The position numbers were made by a program, and so were the translations under genes. A stretch of 64,000 bases of DNA from positions 231,263 to 295,262 of the forward strand of contig NZ_JBKBKQ010000001.1 of assembly GCF_046294525.1 (NCBI RefSeq). The letters run 5' to 3'. The DNA comes from Acidovorax sp. Its GTDB lineage: Bacteria > Pseudomonadota > Gammaproteobacteria > Burkholderiales > Burkholderiaceae_C. Every line of letters begins with the position of its first letter. Positions within the stretch are counted from its first letter, which is position 1. Below are positions 10,556 to 20,775 of the stretch, piece after piece. Below the pieces are notes generated by a model. It saw only the letters and a program-made list of their open reading frames with translations. It was not told the DNA's origin and did not search any database.

Positions 10556-11158
10556 ATGAGTTTCGTGGAACCGCTGGTCATGCGCCACAACGGGGTGCGG
10601 CTCGAACCTCTGGCGCTGTCGCATGAGGACGGGCTGCGCGCAGCCGCCGCTGATGGCGAGCTGTGGACGCTGCGCATCACATCCGTACCCGAGCCCGAAA
10701 ACACCCGCAAGTACATCGAGGACGCGCTGCGCATGCGCGCCGATGGCAACCGCTTTGCGTTTGCCGTGGTGGATGAGGCCACCAGCACCGTGCTGGGCAC
10801 CACGAGCTACCACGACATCCTGCCCGCCGTGAAGCGCGTGGAGATCGGCTACACCTGGTACCGCCAGAGCGTGCAGCGCACGCACGTCAACACCACCGCA
10901 AAGCTCTTGATGATGGGCCACGCGTTCGACACGCTGGGCTGCCACGTGGTGGGCTGGCGCACCGACAATTTCAATTTCGCGTCGCAACGCGCCATCGAGC
11001 GCCTGGGCGCCCAAAAGGACGGCGTGATCCGCGGCCACGCGCTGCGCCGCGACGGCACGATCCGCGACACGGTGATGTACAGCATGCGCGCTGGCGAGTG
11101 GCCCGAGGCCAAAGCGCAGCTGCTATATCTTTTAGAGCGCCGAGCGCACGCCCAATAA
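10556..11158 (+). CDS. GNAT-family N-acetyltransferase
   Basis: 200 aa with an acetyltransferase fold signature (VEIGYTWY, GCHVVGWRTDNFNFASQRAIERLG). Confidence 0.7.
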   Translation: MSFVEPLVMRHNGVRLEPLALSHEDGLRAAAADGELWTLRITSVPEPENTRKYIEDALRMRADGNRFAFAVVDEATSTVLGTTSYHDILPAVKRVEIGYTWYRQSVQRTHVNTTAKLLMMGHAFDTLGCHVVGWRTDNFNFASQRAIERLGAQKDGVIRGHALRRDGTIRDTVMYSMRAGEWPEAKAQLLYLLERRAHAQ

Positions 11159-11176
11159 GCGCTGGAGGCCAAAAAC

Positions 11177-12364
11177 ATGCTGATCGACTTCTTCTACACC
11201 CTGCGTTCGGCCAAGCTGCCTGTGTCCGTGAAGGAATATCTCACGCTGCTCGAAGCGCTGCAGGCCGGCGTGGTGGGCCCGAAGTCGGATGACGCATGGA
11301 GCCTGGACGATTTTTACAGCCTCTCTCGCCTGACCTTGGTGAAGGACGAGAAGCACTACGACAAGTTCGATCGGGCCTTCGGCGCCTACTTCAAGGGCGT
11401 GGAGATGGTGGCCGATTTCACCAAGGAGATCCCGGCCGACTGGCTGCGCAAGATTCTGGAGAACGAACTCACGCCCGAGCAGAAGGCCGCCATCGAGAAG
11501 ATGGGCTGGGACGAGCTGATGGAGACGCTCAAGAAGCGCCTGGAAGAGCAGAAAGAGCGCCACGAGGGCGGCAACAAGTGGATCGGCACCGGCGGCACCA
11601 GCCCATTCGGCCACGGCGGCTACAACCCGCAGGGCGTGCGCATTGGCGGCGCGGGCAAGAACAAGAGCGCGGTGAAGGTGTGGGAGCAGCGCGCCTACAA
11701 GGACTACGACGACCAGCAAGAGCTGGGCACGCGCAACATCAAGGTGGCGCTGCGCCGCCTGCGCAAGTTTGCGCGCGAAGGGCATGAGCTGGAGCTGGAC
11801 CTGCCCGACACCATCCGCAGCACTGCCGCCAACGCGGGCTACCTGGACATCAAGATGGTGCCCGAGCGGCACAACAACGTGAAGGTGCTGCTGCTAATGG
11901 ACGTGGGCGGCACCATGGACGAACACATCCAGCGCGTGGAAGAACTCTTTTCCGCGGTGAAGAACGAGTTCAAGCACCTGGAGTTTTATTACTTCCACAA
12001 CTGCGTGTACGACTTCATGTGGAAGAACAACCGCCGCCGCTTTGCCGAGAAGTTCCCGACCTGGGACATCATCCGCAAGTACAACAAGGACTACAAGCTG
12101 ATCTTCGTGGGCGACGCGACCATGAGCCCGTACGAAATCCTGCAGCCCGGCGGCAGCGTGGAATACAACAACGAGGAGCCGGGTGCCGAATGGATCCAGC
12201 GCCTCACACATGCCTTCCCCAAGCACGCCTGGATCAACCCCGAGCCCCAGGGCGTATGGCAGTACCGCCAGAGCATCAGCATCATCCAGCAGCTGCTGGG
12301 CAACCGCATGTACCCGCTGTCGCTCAAGGGGCTGGAAGAGACCATGCGGCTGCTGTCCAAGTAG
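11177..12364 (+). CDS. VWA-domain protein, CoxE-like partner of MoxR ATPase
   Basis: 395 aa with an N-terminal MLIDFFYTLRSAKLPVSVKEYLTLLEAL typical of the VWA_CoxE family, and a C-terminal VWA-like region. Confidence 0.7.
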   Translation: MLIDFFYTLRSAKLPVSVKEYLTLLEALQAGVVGPKSDDAWSLDDFYSLSRLTLVKDEKHYDKFDRAFGAYFKGVEMVADFTKEIPADWLRKILENELTPEQKAAIEKMGWDELMETLKKRLEEQKERHEGGNKWIGTGGTSPFGHGGYNPQGVRIGGAGKNKSAVKVWEQRAYKDYDDQQELGTRNIKVALRRLRKFAREGHELELDLPDTIRSTAANAGYLDIKMVPERHNNVKVLLLMDVGGTMDEHIQRVEELFSAVKNEFKHLEFYYFHNCVYDFMWKNNRRRFAEKFPTWDIIRKYNKDYKLIFVGDATMSPYEILQPGGSVEYNNEEPGAEWIQRLTHAFPKHAWINPEPQGVWQYRQSISIIQQLLGNRMYPLSLKGLEETMRLLSK

Positions 12365-12493
12365 GCAGCGGGCGGCCTGCAAAGGCGCGACACTGTCTGA
12401 CACGGAAGGGGTATTTTTCAGGGCATAGTCGGGCGCAGCGCATACTGCGCGCTCCTCGCTCCTGACACCCCTTCACTCATACGTCCTCCTGCC

Positions 12494-14428
12494 GTGCTGT
12501 TCCGCGTTCTGCGCCTTTCCCCTGCGAATGCTCCAACGCCGACCCTCTGGTCGGCGTTGCTGCTTTTCGGCGCGCTGGGCTTGCAGGGCTGCAGCCTGCT
12601 GCCGCGCGGCGATGCCGACAATCAGGGCGATGGCAGCGACGGCGCCATGCCCCCCGTGATTGCCGAGTCGGCCACCCCTTCGTTTGCCGTGGAGGTACGC
12701 GCACCCGACACCGTGCGCGAAACACTGGAGCGCCACCTGGAACTGCAGCGCTTTCGCAACCTGCCCGACCTGCACGCCAACGAACTGCAGCGCCTGCTGG
12801 GCGCGGCCGATGCCAACGCCCGAGAACTACTGGGCACCTTGGGTTATTTCGCACCCACCATCACTGTGGAGCTGGTGGAAACGCCGGAGCACCCCACCAC
12901 CCCGCGCAAGGTGGTGGTCACGGTGGACACCGGCCCGCAGACCCGCATCGCCGGGGCCGACGTTACGTTTTCAGACCCCGCCGAGGGCAGCAACGACGCC
13001 GAAGGCCGGGCGCGCCAGTTGCGGCGCGTGCAGCGCGACTGGTCCCTGCCGCCGGGCCAGCCCTTTACGCAATCAGCCTGGGACGGTGCCAAGGCGGGCG
13101 GGCTGCGCCAGTTGCAGGCGCGCCGCTACCCCACGGCCCGTGTGGCCAACAGCCGTGCCGAGGTGGACGCCGACACCCACCAGGCCCAGCTGAGCGTGAC
13201 GTACGACCCAGGGCCCGTCTACCGCTTCGGGCCGCTGCGGGTCGAAGGCAACGAGCGCTACGACCCCGACGGCGCGCGCCGACTGGCCCGCCTGCCCACC
13301 GGCGCCATCTATGACGAGGCCGAGATGCTGGACGCGCAGCTGCGGCTGGCCAGCAGCGGGTACTACGACGCGGTGTTCCTGACGCTGGACACCGAAGGCA
13401 CCGACCCGCAGGCTGCGCCCGTGGTGGCCCAGGTGCGGGAGGCCCCTCTGCAGAAGCTGGTGTTTGGCCCCGGCTTTTCTACCGACAGCGGCGCACGCCT
13501 GTCGCTGGAGCACATCCACAACCAGTTGCCCGTGCTGGGCTGGCGCGCCGTGAGCAAGCTGTCATTGGACCGCGAGACCAAGCTCGCCAACACCGAATGG
13601 ACCGGCCTGCCCAACAACAACGGCTGGCGCTGGTTTACCGGCGCGCAGCTGCAGCGCGAGGCCACCGGCGACTATGACGTGAACAGCGGGCGGCTGCGCT
13701 ACGGCCGCAGCAAAAGCACCAAACACATCGACCGCAACTACTTTCTGCAGTACGACTATGCGCACAGCCAGGGGCTGGCCGAGCGCGAGCAACTGCCCTC
13801 CAACTCCAGCACGGCCATCAGCGCCAACTATGGGTGGACGGGCCGCTATTTCAACAGCCTCACGGCGCCCACGCGCGGCCACGGCATCGCGGTGGAACTG
13901 GGCCTGGGCACCACGCTGCGGCCGGAGCGCGACCCATTCGTGCGCACGCTGGTGCGCTGGCAATCCTTCATCCCCGCCGGCCGTGTGCGGGACGACGACG
14001 GCCAGAGCCGCAACGCACGCATTGCCCTGCGCGCCGAGGGTGGCGCAGTGCTGGCGCGTGACGGCGCGCAGGTGCCCGTCACGCAGCTGTTCTTGACAGG
14101 CGGCGACACCACGGTGCGTGGCTACGGCTACCGCAGCATCGGCGCACGCACCGACAACGGCCAACTTTATGGCGGCCGCTACATGGCCGTCGGCAGCGTG
14201 GAATGGCAGCGCCCCATCGTCTACAAGGGCCAGATGACCGACTGGGAAAGCACGCTGTTTGTGGACGCAGGCGCCGTGGCGGACCGCGCGGGCGACCTGG
14301 ACCCACGCGTGGGCGTGGGCGCCGGCGTGCGCTGGCGCAGCCCCGTGGGCCCGCTGCAGGCTGACCTGGCCTACGGCGTGAAGACCAAAGAGGTGCGGCT
14401 GCACCTGCGCCTGGGGTTCAGCTTCTGA
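12494..14428 (+). CDS. tamA: translocation and assembly module outer-membrane protein TamA (Omp85 family)
   Basis: 644 aa with POTRA-like repeats and a C-terminal beta-barrel ending ...LRLGFSF; it is followed by tamB and has an LQGC lipobox-like N-terminus. Confidence 0.8.
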   Translation: MLFRVLRLSPANAPTPTLWSALLLFGALGLQGCSLLPRGDADNQGDGSDGAMPPVIAESATPSFAVEVRAPDTVRETLERHLELQRFRNLPDLHANELQRLLGAADANARELLGTLGYFAPTITVELVETPEHPTTPRKVVVTVDTGPQTRIAGADVTFSDPAEGSNDAEGRARQLRRVQRDWSLPPGQPFTQSAWDGAKAGGLRQLQARRYPTARVANSRAEVDADTHQAQLSVTYDPGPVYRFGPLRVEGNERYDPDGARRLARLPTGAIYDEAEMLDAQLRLASSGYYDAVFLTLDTEGTDPQAAPVVAQVREAPLQKLVFGPGFSTDSGARLSLEHIHNQLPVLGWRAVSKLSLDRETKLANTEWTGLPNNNGWRWFTGAQLQREATGDYDVNSGRLRYGRSKSTKHIDRNYFLQYDYAHSQGLAEREQLPSNSSTAISANYGWTGRYFNSLTAPTRGHGIAVELGLGTTLRPERDPFVRTLVRWQSFIPAGRVRDDDGQSRNARIALRAEGGAVLARDGAQVPVTQLFLTGGDTTVRGYGYRSIGARTDNGQLYGGRYMAVGSVEWQRPIVYKGQMTDWESTLFVDAGAVADRAGDLDPRVGVGAGVRWRSPVGPLQADLAYGVKTKEVRLHLRLGFSF

Positions 14429-17400
14429 TGGCCGCGCCCAACCCGCCCCCGGTGCCGCGCGCGCCATCGTCCGATTTCAGCGCGGGTTCGTCTTCCACCC
14501 GGCGCGCCCCGCGCCAGCGCATGCGCCGCGCTGCGCGTGTGCTGGGCTGGCTGCTGGTGGGCGTGGTGGCGCTGCTGCTCGCGGCCGCCGCTGCCCTGTG
14601 GTGGTGGGCGGGCAGCAGCACATCACTGGCTACCGCCCTGGCACGTGCCGCGCAGCACCTGCCGGCCGAGCAGCGACTGGAAAGCCGGGATGTCACCGGC
14701 TCCCTGCGTAGCGGCGGCCAGATCGGCTGGCTGCGCTGGAGCAGCCCTGCCCTCAGCGTAGAAGTCACGGACATCCGCCTGGGCTGGCAGTTGCTGCCGC
14801 TGCTCCAACGCCGCCTGGAGCTGGGCGAAGTCCACGCGGCGCGCGTGCTGATCACGCCCCAGGCGGTGGAAAAGCCCGAGCCCGACACCCGGCCTGCGCC
14901 ACTCGAATCGCTGGTGCTGCCGCTGCAGATCAGCGTGCCTTTTCGCGTGGACGAGATCCAGTGGGCCGGGCCGCCCGCCGTGCAGGCGCTGGGCCTGCAG
15001 GGGGATTACCACTTTGACGGGGCCGAGCACCGGCTCAACATCGGCCAGGTAGCGCTCGCCCAGGGCCGCTATAGCGCCCGCGTCACGCTGCAGGCCCAGG
15101 CCCCCATGGCACTGCAGGCCACCGTGGACGGCACACTCGAGACCGCCGTGCCCGGCAGTACCCGCACCACGCCCATCGCCCTGGGCGCGCACGCCACGCT
15201 GCAAGGCACGCTGGCCACGGCCGCCGCGCAGTTGCAGCTGCAGGCAAACATCCGCCCGGTCGCCGATGCTGCGCAGTCTGCAGCGCCGATTGCTTCAGGT
15301 GCTTCACGCGCAGGGGCGAACGCACAGGCCACCCCCGCATCCCGCACGCGCGCCAATGCCGCTCCGGCGCCCGAACCCATGCAGGCCGAAGTACGGGCCA
15401 CGCTGGCCCCCTGGGCGCCCCAGCCCCTGCAGTCCGCCACCGCCACGCTGCGCGCTGTAGACCTGGCCACCCTGTGGTCCGAGGCCCCTGCAACCCTGCT
15501 GCAAGGCACGGTGCAGGCCGGCCCCACGCACGCTGCAGGGGGCTGGGCACTGCAAGCCGATTTGCGCAACGACCTGCCCGGCCCCTGGGACCGCAACCGC
15601 CTGCCGCTGACGGCTCTGCAGGCCAGCGCCACCTACGACGGCACGCGCTGGAACGTGCCCGGCGCCACGGCCAGCGCCGGCTCTGGCAGCGCCACGCTGC
15701 AGGGCCACTTCACGCCGGCTACGGGCGCGCTGGAAGGCCGCGCCGACCTGCGCGGCATCCGCCCCGACGCGCTGCACACCGCCATGGCGGCCGCGCCGCT
15801 GTCGGGCCGGTTGCAGGCGCAAACGCAAGGCGACAGCGTGAGCTTCAGCGCCGATGTGCGCGCGGCCGCGGCTGAACGCGCGGCACCCGCAGGCAACCGC
15901 CCCACACCGTTGCGCATCAACACCTTCTCTGCAGAAGGCCGCTGGCAGCCGGCCCCCGCGTCGGCTGCGGGCGCGCAAACCGGCGGCACCATTCAAGTAG
16001 ACCGCCTGCTGCTGGACGCGCTGCAAGCCCGCGCCGAGGCCACCAACCTGCGCGTGGCCCTCGGCGCCCGGTCCGCACAGGGGCAGTTCGCACTCACCAT
16101 GCCCGGCACCACGCTGCGCGCCAGCGGCCAGGCCGGCCCGCAATCAGGCAACGGCGAGGTTCAATGGCAAAGCAGCGATATCGAGCGCACGCTGCGCTGG
16201 CTGACCACCCTGCCCTTTGTGGGCACGCAAGTGCAAGACGCGCTGCGCGGCGCCACCGCCAAAGGCGGTGTGCAGCTCAACGCGCGCTGGAAGGGCTGCT
16301 GGCAGGCAGCCGCGGACCAGTTGCAGGCCGCCGCCGCAGGCGCCGCGCTGCCGCGCAGCAGCACCGCGTTCGATCTGCAGGCCACGCTGACCACGCCCCA
16401 GCTCGACCTGACCTTGCCTGCTGCTCCGTCCGCACCTGCGGCCGCACCCACGCCCATGCCAGCGACCCCATCGCAGGCATCGCCTTCCGCCCAGGTCGTG
16501 ACAGCACCGCAGACCATTGCGTTGCGCGGCGTGTCTGCGGAGCTTTCGGGCACACTGGCCCAGGCCACCCTCGCACTGACCGGCGAGGCCCGCACCATGG
16601 GCCCGGAGCCTGTGCGTGCCAGCGTGCAAGCGCGCATCGCCGGTGGGCTGACGGGCGCAGGCCAGTGGCAGGCCCAGATCAACAGCCTGCGGCTGCAGGC
16701 CCAGCAAGGTCAGCGCCCCGGCCCCTGGGCGGTGCAGTTGGCGCAACCGCTGTCCATCACTGCCACGCAGGCGGCCACCACCACCACGGTGCAAACCTCC
16801 GCAGGCCAGGCCCAGCTAACGGGCCCTGCGCCGGGCGCCGTCACGCTGCGCTGGTCGCCCGCACGCTTGGCCATGACGCCCGCTGGCACGGCGCTGCAAA
16901 CGCAGGGCACGCTGCAGGGCCTGCCCACCGCCTGGGTGGACGCTCTGGGCCTGGGCACCCCGGCGCCTGCCGCACAGGGCAGCGCAGCGCAGCCCGCGGC
17001 CCAGCCACTGCTCGCCCGCATGGGCCTGGCCACCACGCTGGTGCTGGACGGCCAATGGAATGTGGACACCACCCAGCCCAACGCCCCGCGCGCCAGCGCC
17101 AGCCTGCGCCGTGCGGGCGGCGACCTGCGCATCCTGGCGGGCGACCCCACCGCCGTCACCGCCGTGCAAAGCAGCGGCCAGGGCACGGGCGCCGGCGCAC
17201 CCACACCGATTGCCACCGAAGCCACCGACAGCGCGGGGACGGCCCGCACAGCCACCCTGAGAAGCGCCACACCCGAGGCGGGCACGCCCGCCGGCGTACG
17301 CCAGGCCGAACTGGCCATCGACCTGGACGGCGACACCCTTCGCGCACGCCTGCAATGGGCCAGCGACCGCGCAGGCGAGATCGACGCCAACGCCACCACC

Positions 17401-18858
17401 CGCCTCACCCAGCCCACGGCAGATGCCTCATGGACCTGGGCCGCCAGTGCGCCCCTTGAGGGTACGCTGCGCGCCCGCCTGCCCGATGTGGGTGTGTGGT
17501 CGGCCCTGGCGCCACCGGGCTGGCGCGTGCGCGGCACCGTGGACGCCAGCGCCACGCTGTCCGGCACGCGCGATGCGCCCCGCTGGTCGGGCACGCTGGG
17601 GGCGGACGACATGGCCGTGCGGTCGGTGGTGGATGGCGTGGACCTGCAAGGCGGGCGCCTGCGTGCCACGCTGGAGGGCAACCAGCTCAACATCACCGAG
17701 TTCCGCCTGCAAGGCGGCCGCGGCAGCAGCGCGCGCATTGCGGGCTTCAGCGGCAACCGCACCGCCGCGCCGCGCGATGGCGGCACCCTGACGGCCACCG
17801 GCCGCGTGAGCTGGGGCAACGCCAGCACAGCGGCCGCGAGCGGCCTGTCAGGCATCACCATGGCGCTGCAGGCCGAGGCGCGCGCGCTGCAAGTGCTGGT
17901 GCGCGCAGACCGGCAGGTCAGCGTGTCGGGCCAGCTGCAGGCGCAGTTGCAGCAGGGCCAGATAAGCCTGCGCGGCAAGCTCACCACCGACCGCGCCACC
18001 ATCATCCTTCCGGACGAGTCCGCCCCCAGCCTTGGATCGGACGTGGTGGTGCGCTCTGCCGCCAAGGACCGCGAAGCGCAGGCCAAGGCCCAGCAGGCCG
18101 CCAAGGCCAGCCAGAACGCCGCACAGGTCGAAGCCGCCAAACCGCCCGACATCGCCGTCACCCTCAACCTGGGCAACGACTTCGCGCTGCACGGCCACGG
18201 CATCACCACGCGCCTGACAGGCGAGCTGGACATTCGCAGCAGCCCTGTGCCCGGCGCGCCGCCCCGGGTGATCGGCGAGGTGCGCACCGAACAAGGGCGC
18301 TACCGCGCATGGGGCCAGATGCTGGACGTGGAGACCGGACTCATCCGCTTCAATGGGCCCTACAACAACCCCTCGCTCGACATCCTGGCGCTGCGCCCCA
18401 ACATCAGCGTGCGTGCGGGGGTGCAAGTCACCGGCAGCGCGCAGGCGCCGCGCGTCAAGCTCTATTCCGACCCCGAACTGCCTGATGCAGAAAAGCTGTC
18501 GTGGGTGGTGCTGGGCCGCAATGCTGCAGCCGGCGGCGCCGAGGCCGCCGTGCTGCAGCAGGCCGCCCTGGCCCTGCTGGGTCGCGGCGGCACCAACCCG
18601 GGCGGCGGCTTTGCCAAGCGCATCGGCCTCGATGAAATCGGCTTTCGCGGCGCAACGCCGGGAGACGATGCCAGCAGCGCCGCAGTCACCTTCGGCAAGC
18701 GCCTGTCGCAAGACCTGTACGTGACGTACGAGCGCAGTCTGTCGGGCACGCTGGGCACGCTGTACATCTTTTACGACCTCACCCGCAGCCTTACGCTGCG
18801 CGGGCAAACGGGCGAGAAAAGCGCGGTGGACATCATCTACACCGTGAAGTACGACTGA
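14428..18858 (+). CDS. tamB: translocation and assembly module protein TamB (DUF490)
   Basis: 1476 aa with an N-terminal TM anchor and a long Ala/Gln-rich beta-rich body; the C-terminus (DLYVTYERSLSGTLGTLYIFYDLTRSLTLRGQTGEKSAVDIIYTVKYD) matches the DUF490 end; the start overlaps the tamA stop. Confidence 0.8.
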   Translation: MAAPNPPPVPRAPSSDFSAGSSSTRRAPRQRMRRAARVLGWLLVGVVALLLAAAAALWWWAGSSTSLATALARAAQHLPAEQRLESRDVTGSLRSGGQIGWLRWSSPALSVEVTDIRLGWQLLPLLQRRLELGEVHAARVLITPQAVEKPEPDTRPAPLESLVLPLQISVPFRVDEIQWAGPPAVQALGLQGDYHFDGAEHRLNIGQVALAQGRYSARVTLQAQAPMALQATVDGTLETAVPGSTRTTPIALGAHATLQGTLATAAAQLQLQANIRPVADAAQSAAPIASGASRAGANAQATPASRTRANAAPAPEPMQAEVRATLAPWAPQPLQSATATLRAVDLATLWSEAPATLLQGTVQAGPTHAAGGWALQADLRNDLPGPWDRNRLPLTALQASATYDGTRWNVPGATASAGSGSATLQGHFTPATGALEGRADLRGIRPDALHTAMAAAPLSGRLQAQTQGDSVSFSADVRAAAAERAAPAGNRPTPLRINTFSAEGRWQPAPASAAGAQTGGTIQVDRLLLDALQARAEATNLRVALGARSAQGQFALTMPGTTLRASGQAGPQSGNGEVQWQSSDIERTLRWLTTLPFVGTQVQDALRGATAKGGVQLNARWKGCWQAAADQLQAAAAGAALPRSSTAFDLQATLTTPQLDLTLPAAPSAPAAAPTPMPATPSQASPSAQVVTAPQTIALRGVSAELSGTLAQATLALTGEARTMGPEPVRASVQARIAGGLTGAGQWQAQINSLRLQAQQGQRPGPWAVQLAQPLSITATQAATTTTVQTSAGQAQLTGPAPGAVTLRWSPARLAMTPAGTALQTQGTLQGLPTAWVDALGLGTPAPAAQGSAAQPAAQPLLARMGLATTLVLDGQWNVDTTQPNAPRASASLRRAGGDLRILAGDPTAVTAVQSSGQGTGAGAPTPIATEATDSAGTARTATLRSATPEAGTPAGVRQAELAIDLDGDTLRARLQWASDRAGEIDANATTRLTQPTADASWTWAASAPLEGTLRARLPDVGVWSALAPPGWRVRGTVDASATLSGTRDAPRWSGTLGADDMAVRSVVDGVDLQGGRLRATLEGNQLNITEFRLQGGRGSSARIAGFSGNRTAAPRDGGTLTATGRVSWGNASTAAASGLSGITMALQAEARALQVLVRADRQVSVSGQLQAQLQQGQISLRGKLTTDRATIILPDESAPSLGSDVVVRSAAKDREAQAKAQQAAKASQNAAQVEAAKPPDIAVTLNLGNDFALHGHGITTRLTGELDIRSSPVPGAPPRVIGEVRTEQGRYRAWGQMLDVETGLIRFNGPYNNPSLDILALRPNISVRAGVQVTGSAQAPRVKLYSDPELPDAEKLSWVVLGRNAAAGGAEAAVLQQAALALLGRGGTNPGGGFAKRIGLDEIGFRGATPGDDASSAAVTFGKRLSQDLYVTYERSLSGTLGTLYIFYDLTRSLTLRGQTGEKSAVDIIYTVKYD

Positions 18859-18913
18859 GGCTGCGCCCGCCAGAGGGTGTGCGTGGCCCCACTACAATGC
18901 GCGGCTGTCTTGC

Positions 18914-18988
18914 CTCCTCGTAGTTCAATGGATAGAACGAGTGCCTCCTAAGCGCTAGATACAGGTTCGATTCCTGTCGAGGGGACCA
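18914..18988 (+). tRNA. tRNA-Arg (anticodon CCT)
   Basis: 75-nt cloverleaf folded by hand: acceptor CTCCTCG/CGAGGGG, D-arm GTTC-AATGGATA-GAAC, anticodon arm AGTGC-CTCCTAA-GCGCT, T-arm ACAGG-TTCGATT-CCTGT, discriminator A, encoded CCA. Confidence 0.8.
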
Positions 18989-18997
18989 GATTTATGG

Positions 18998-19057
18998 TCA
19001 AAATGGCCTCTAGCGCTTATTGGATAAGCGCTAGCAGCTATCAAAACAGTAGTATCC
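18998..19057 (+). repeat. copy B of ~55-60 bp palindromic repeat family (CTAGCGCTTAT-TGG-ATAAGCGCTAG perfect palindrome)
   Basis: Lies immediately 3' of tRNA-Arg and upstream of hsdM; aligns with the copies at 8787, 26281, 44668 and 50490. Confidence 0.6.
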
Positions 19058-19149
19058 AAAGAAGAAGCAACCCCGTGGCAGGGTCTTCGCAGTGTGTGCG
19101 GCGGGCCTGCCCGCTTGACGGCCCCTTGCAGGCCACACACCGCAGCCAC

Positions 19150-20775
19150 ATGCTCCAAGACATCCAGAAAACCCTGTGGGCCACCGCCGACAAGCTGCGT
19201 GCCAACATGGACGCCGCCGAATACAAGCACCTGGTGCTCGGCCTCATCTTCGTCAAATACATCTCTGACACCTTTGCCGCCCACCACGCCACGCTGGTGC
19301 TGCGCCTGGCAGACCCCAACGACGAATACTTCTACGGTGACGCCGACCCCGCCGACATAGCCGCCGAGCTGGAAGACCGTGACTACTACAAGGAAGCCAA
19401 CGTCTTCTGGGTGCCCGAAGCCGCCCGGTGGGAGCAACTGCGCAGCAGCGCCAAGCAGCCCGACATTGGCAAACGCATTGACGACGCGCTGACGCTGATC
19501 GAGGCCGAGAACCCCACGCTCAAAGGCATCCTGGACAAACGCTACGCCCGTGCACAGCTGCCCGACGGCAAACTGGGCGAGCTGGTCGATTTGGTGTCAA
19601 CCATCGGCTTTGGCGACACCCCCGACGTGGCCCGCGACACCCTGGGCCAGGTGTACGAATACTTTCTGGGCATGTTCGCCAGCGCCGAAGGCAAACGCGG
19701 CGGGCAGTTCTACACGCCCGCCAGCATCGTCAAAACCCTGGTGGCCGTGCTCAACCCGCACACCGGCAAGGTGTACGACCCGTGCTGCGGCAGCGGCGGC
19801 ATGTTTGTGCAGAGTGAGAAGTTCATTGAGGCACACGGCGGCAAGAAGGGCGACGTCTCCATCTACGGGCAAGAGAGCAACCCCACCACCTGGCGCCTGG
19901 CCGCCATGAACCTGGCCATTCGCGGCATCGACTTCAACCTGGGCCGCGAACCCGCCGACACCTTTGTGCGCAACCAGCACCCCGACTTGCGCGCCGACTT
20001 CATCCTGGCCAACCCGCCCTTCAACATCAGCGACTGGTGGCACCCCAGTTTGGAGGGCGACGCCCGCTGGGTGTATGGCGACCCACCCCACGGTAACGCC
20101 AACACCGCCTGGCTGCAGCACATGCTGCACCACCTCAAAGCCACGGGCCGTGCGGGCATCGTGCTGGCCAACGGCAGCATGAGCAGCAGCCAGAACAACG
20201 AAGGCCAGATCCGCGCCGCCATGGTCGATGCCGACGTGGTGGAAGTGATGATCGCCCTGCCCGGCCAGCTGTTTTTCAACACGCAAATCCCGGCGTGCCT
20301 GTGGTTTTTGGCCAAAAGCAAGAAGCGCAAGGGCGAGGTGCTGTTCATCGACGCCCGCAAGCTCGCCACCCCTATCAGCCGCGTGCAGGGCGAGCTGACC
20401 GACGAAGTCATCGACCGCATCGCCGCCACTGTAGCCGCCTGGCGCGGCGAGCCCGCACCCACCGTCATCACGCCCTCGTCCTCGTCCACCCCAAACCCCG
20501 TTCGGGCTGAGCCCGTCGAAGCCCACCCCCACCCCACCCCCTACCAGGACATACCCGGCTTCTGCCGCAGCGTGCCCCTGGCCGAGATCGCCCAACACGG
20601 CCACGTACTCACCCCCGGCCGCTACGTGGGCGCCGAGGCGGTGGAGGACGACGACGAAGCCTTTGCCGACAAGATGGTGAAGCTGACGGAAAAGCTGGGT
20701 GAGCAGATGGCCAAGGGCGCGGAGCTGGATGCGGTGATTCGGCAGAAGTTGGGGGGGTTGGGGTATGAGTTCTGA
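19150..20775 (+). CDS. hsdM: Type I restriction-modification N6-adenine DNA methyltransferase subunit HsdM
   Basis: HsdM N-terminal domain ([32 protein letters not shown]), SAM-binding motif (DPCCGSGGM) and catalytic NPPF (LANPPFN). Confidence 0.9.
   Translation: MLQDIQKTLWATADKLRANMDAAEYKHLVLGLIFVKYISDTFAAHHATLVLRLADPNDEYFYGDADPADIAAELEDRDYYKEANVFWVPEAARWEQLRSSAKQPDIGKRIDDALTLIEAENPTLKGILDKRYARAQLPDGKLGELVDLVSTIGFGDTPDVARDTLGQVYEYFLGMFASAEGKRGGQFYTPASIVKTLVAVLNPHTGKVYDPCCGSGGMFVQSEKFIEAHGGKKGDVSIYGQESNPTTWRLAAMNLAIRGIDFNLGREPADTFVRNQHPDLRADFILANPPFNISDWWHPSLEGDARWVYGDPPHGNANTAWLQHMLHHLKATGRAGIVLANGSMSSSQNNEGQIRAAMVDADVVEVMIALPGQLFFNTQIPACLWFLAKSKKRKGEVLFIDARKLATPISRVQGELTDEVIDRIAATVAAWRGEPAPTVITPSSSSTPNPVRAEPVEAHPHPTPYQDIPGFCRSVPLAEIAQHGHVLTPGRYVGAEAVEDDDEAFADKMVKLTEKLGEQMAKGAELDAVIRQKLGGLGYEF

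Noticed and set aside
16164-18287. Several long ORFs (431 aa +, 525 aa -) overlapping tamB in other frames
   Set aside because: Their composition (poly-Arg/Pro/Gly/His) marks them as artefacts of 70% GC; tamB has a consistent DUF490 C-terminus and overlaps tamA in operon fashion
18955-19437. 160-aa - strand ORF overlapping the tRNA-Arg 3' end and the hsdM start
   Set aside because: It overlaps a structured tRNA and the hsdM 5' region; atypical composition
19597-20604. 335-aa - strand ORF inside hsdM
   Set aside because: Antisense to a gene with canonical methyltransferase motifs; no motifs of its own
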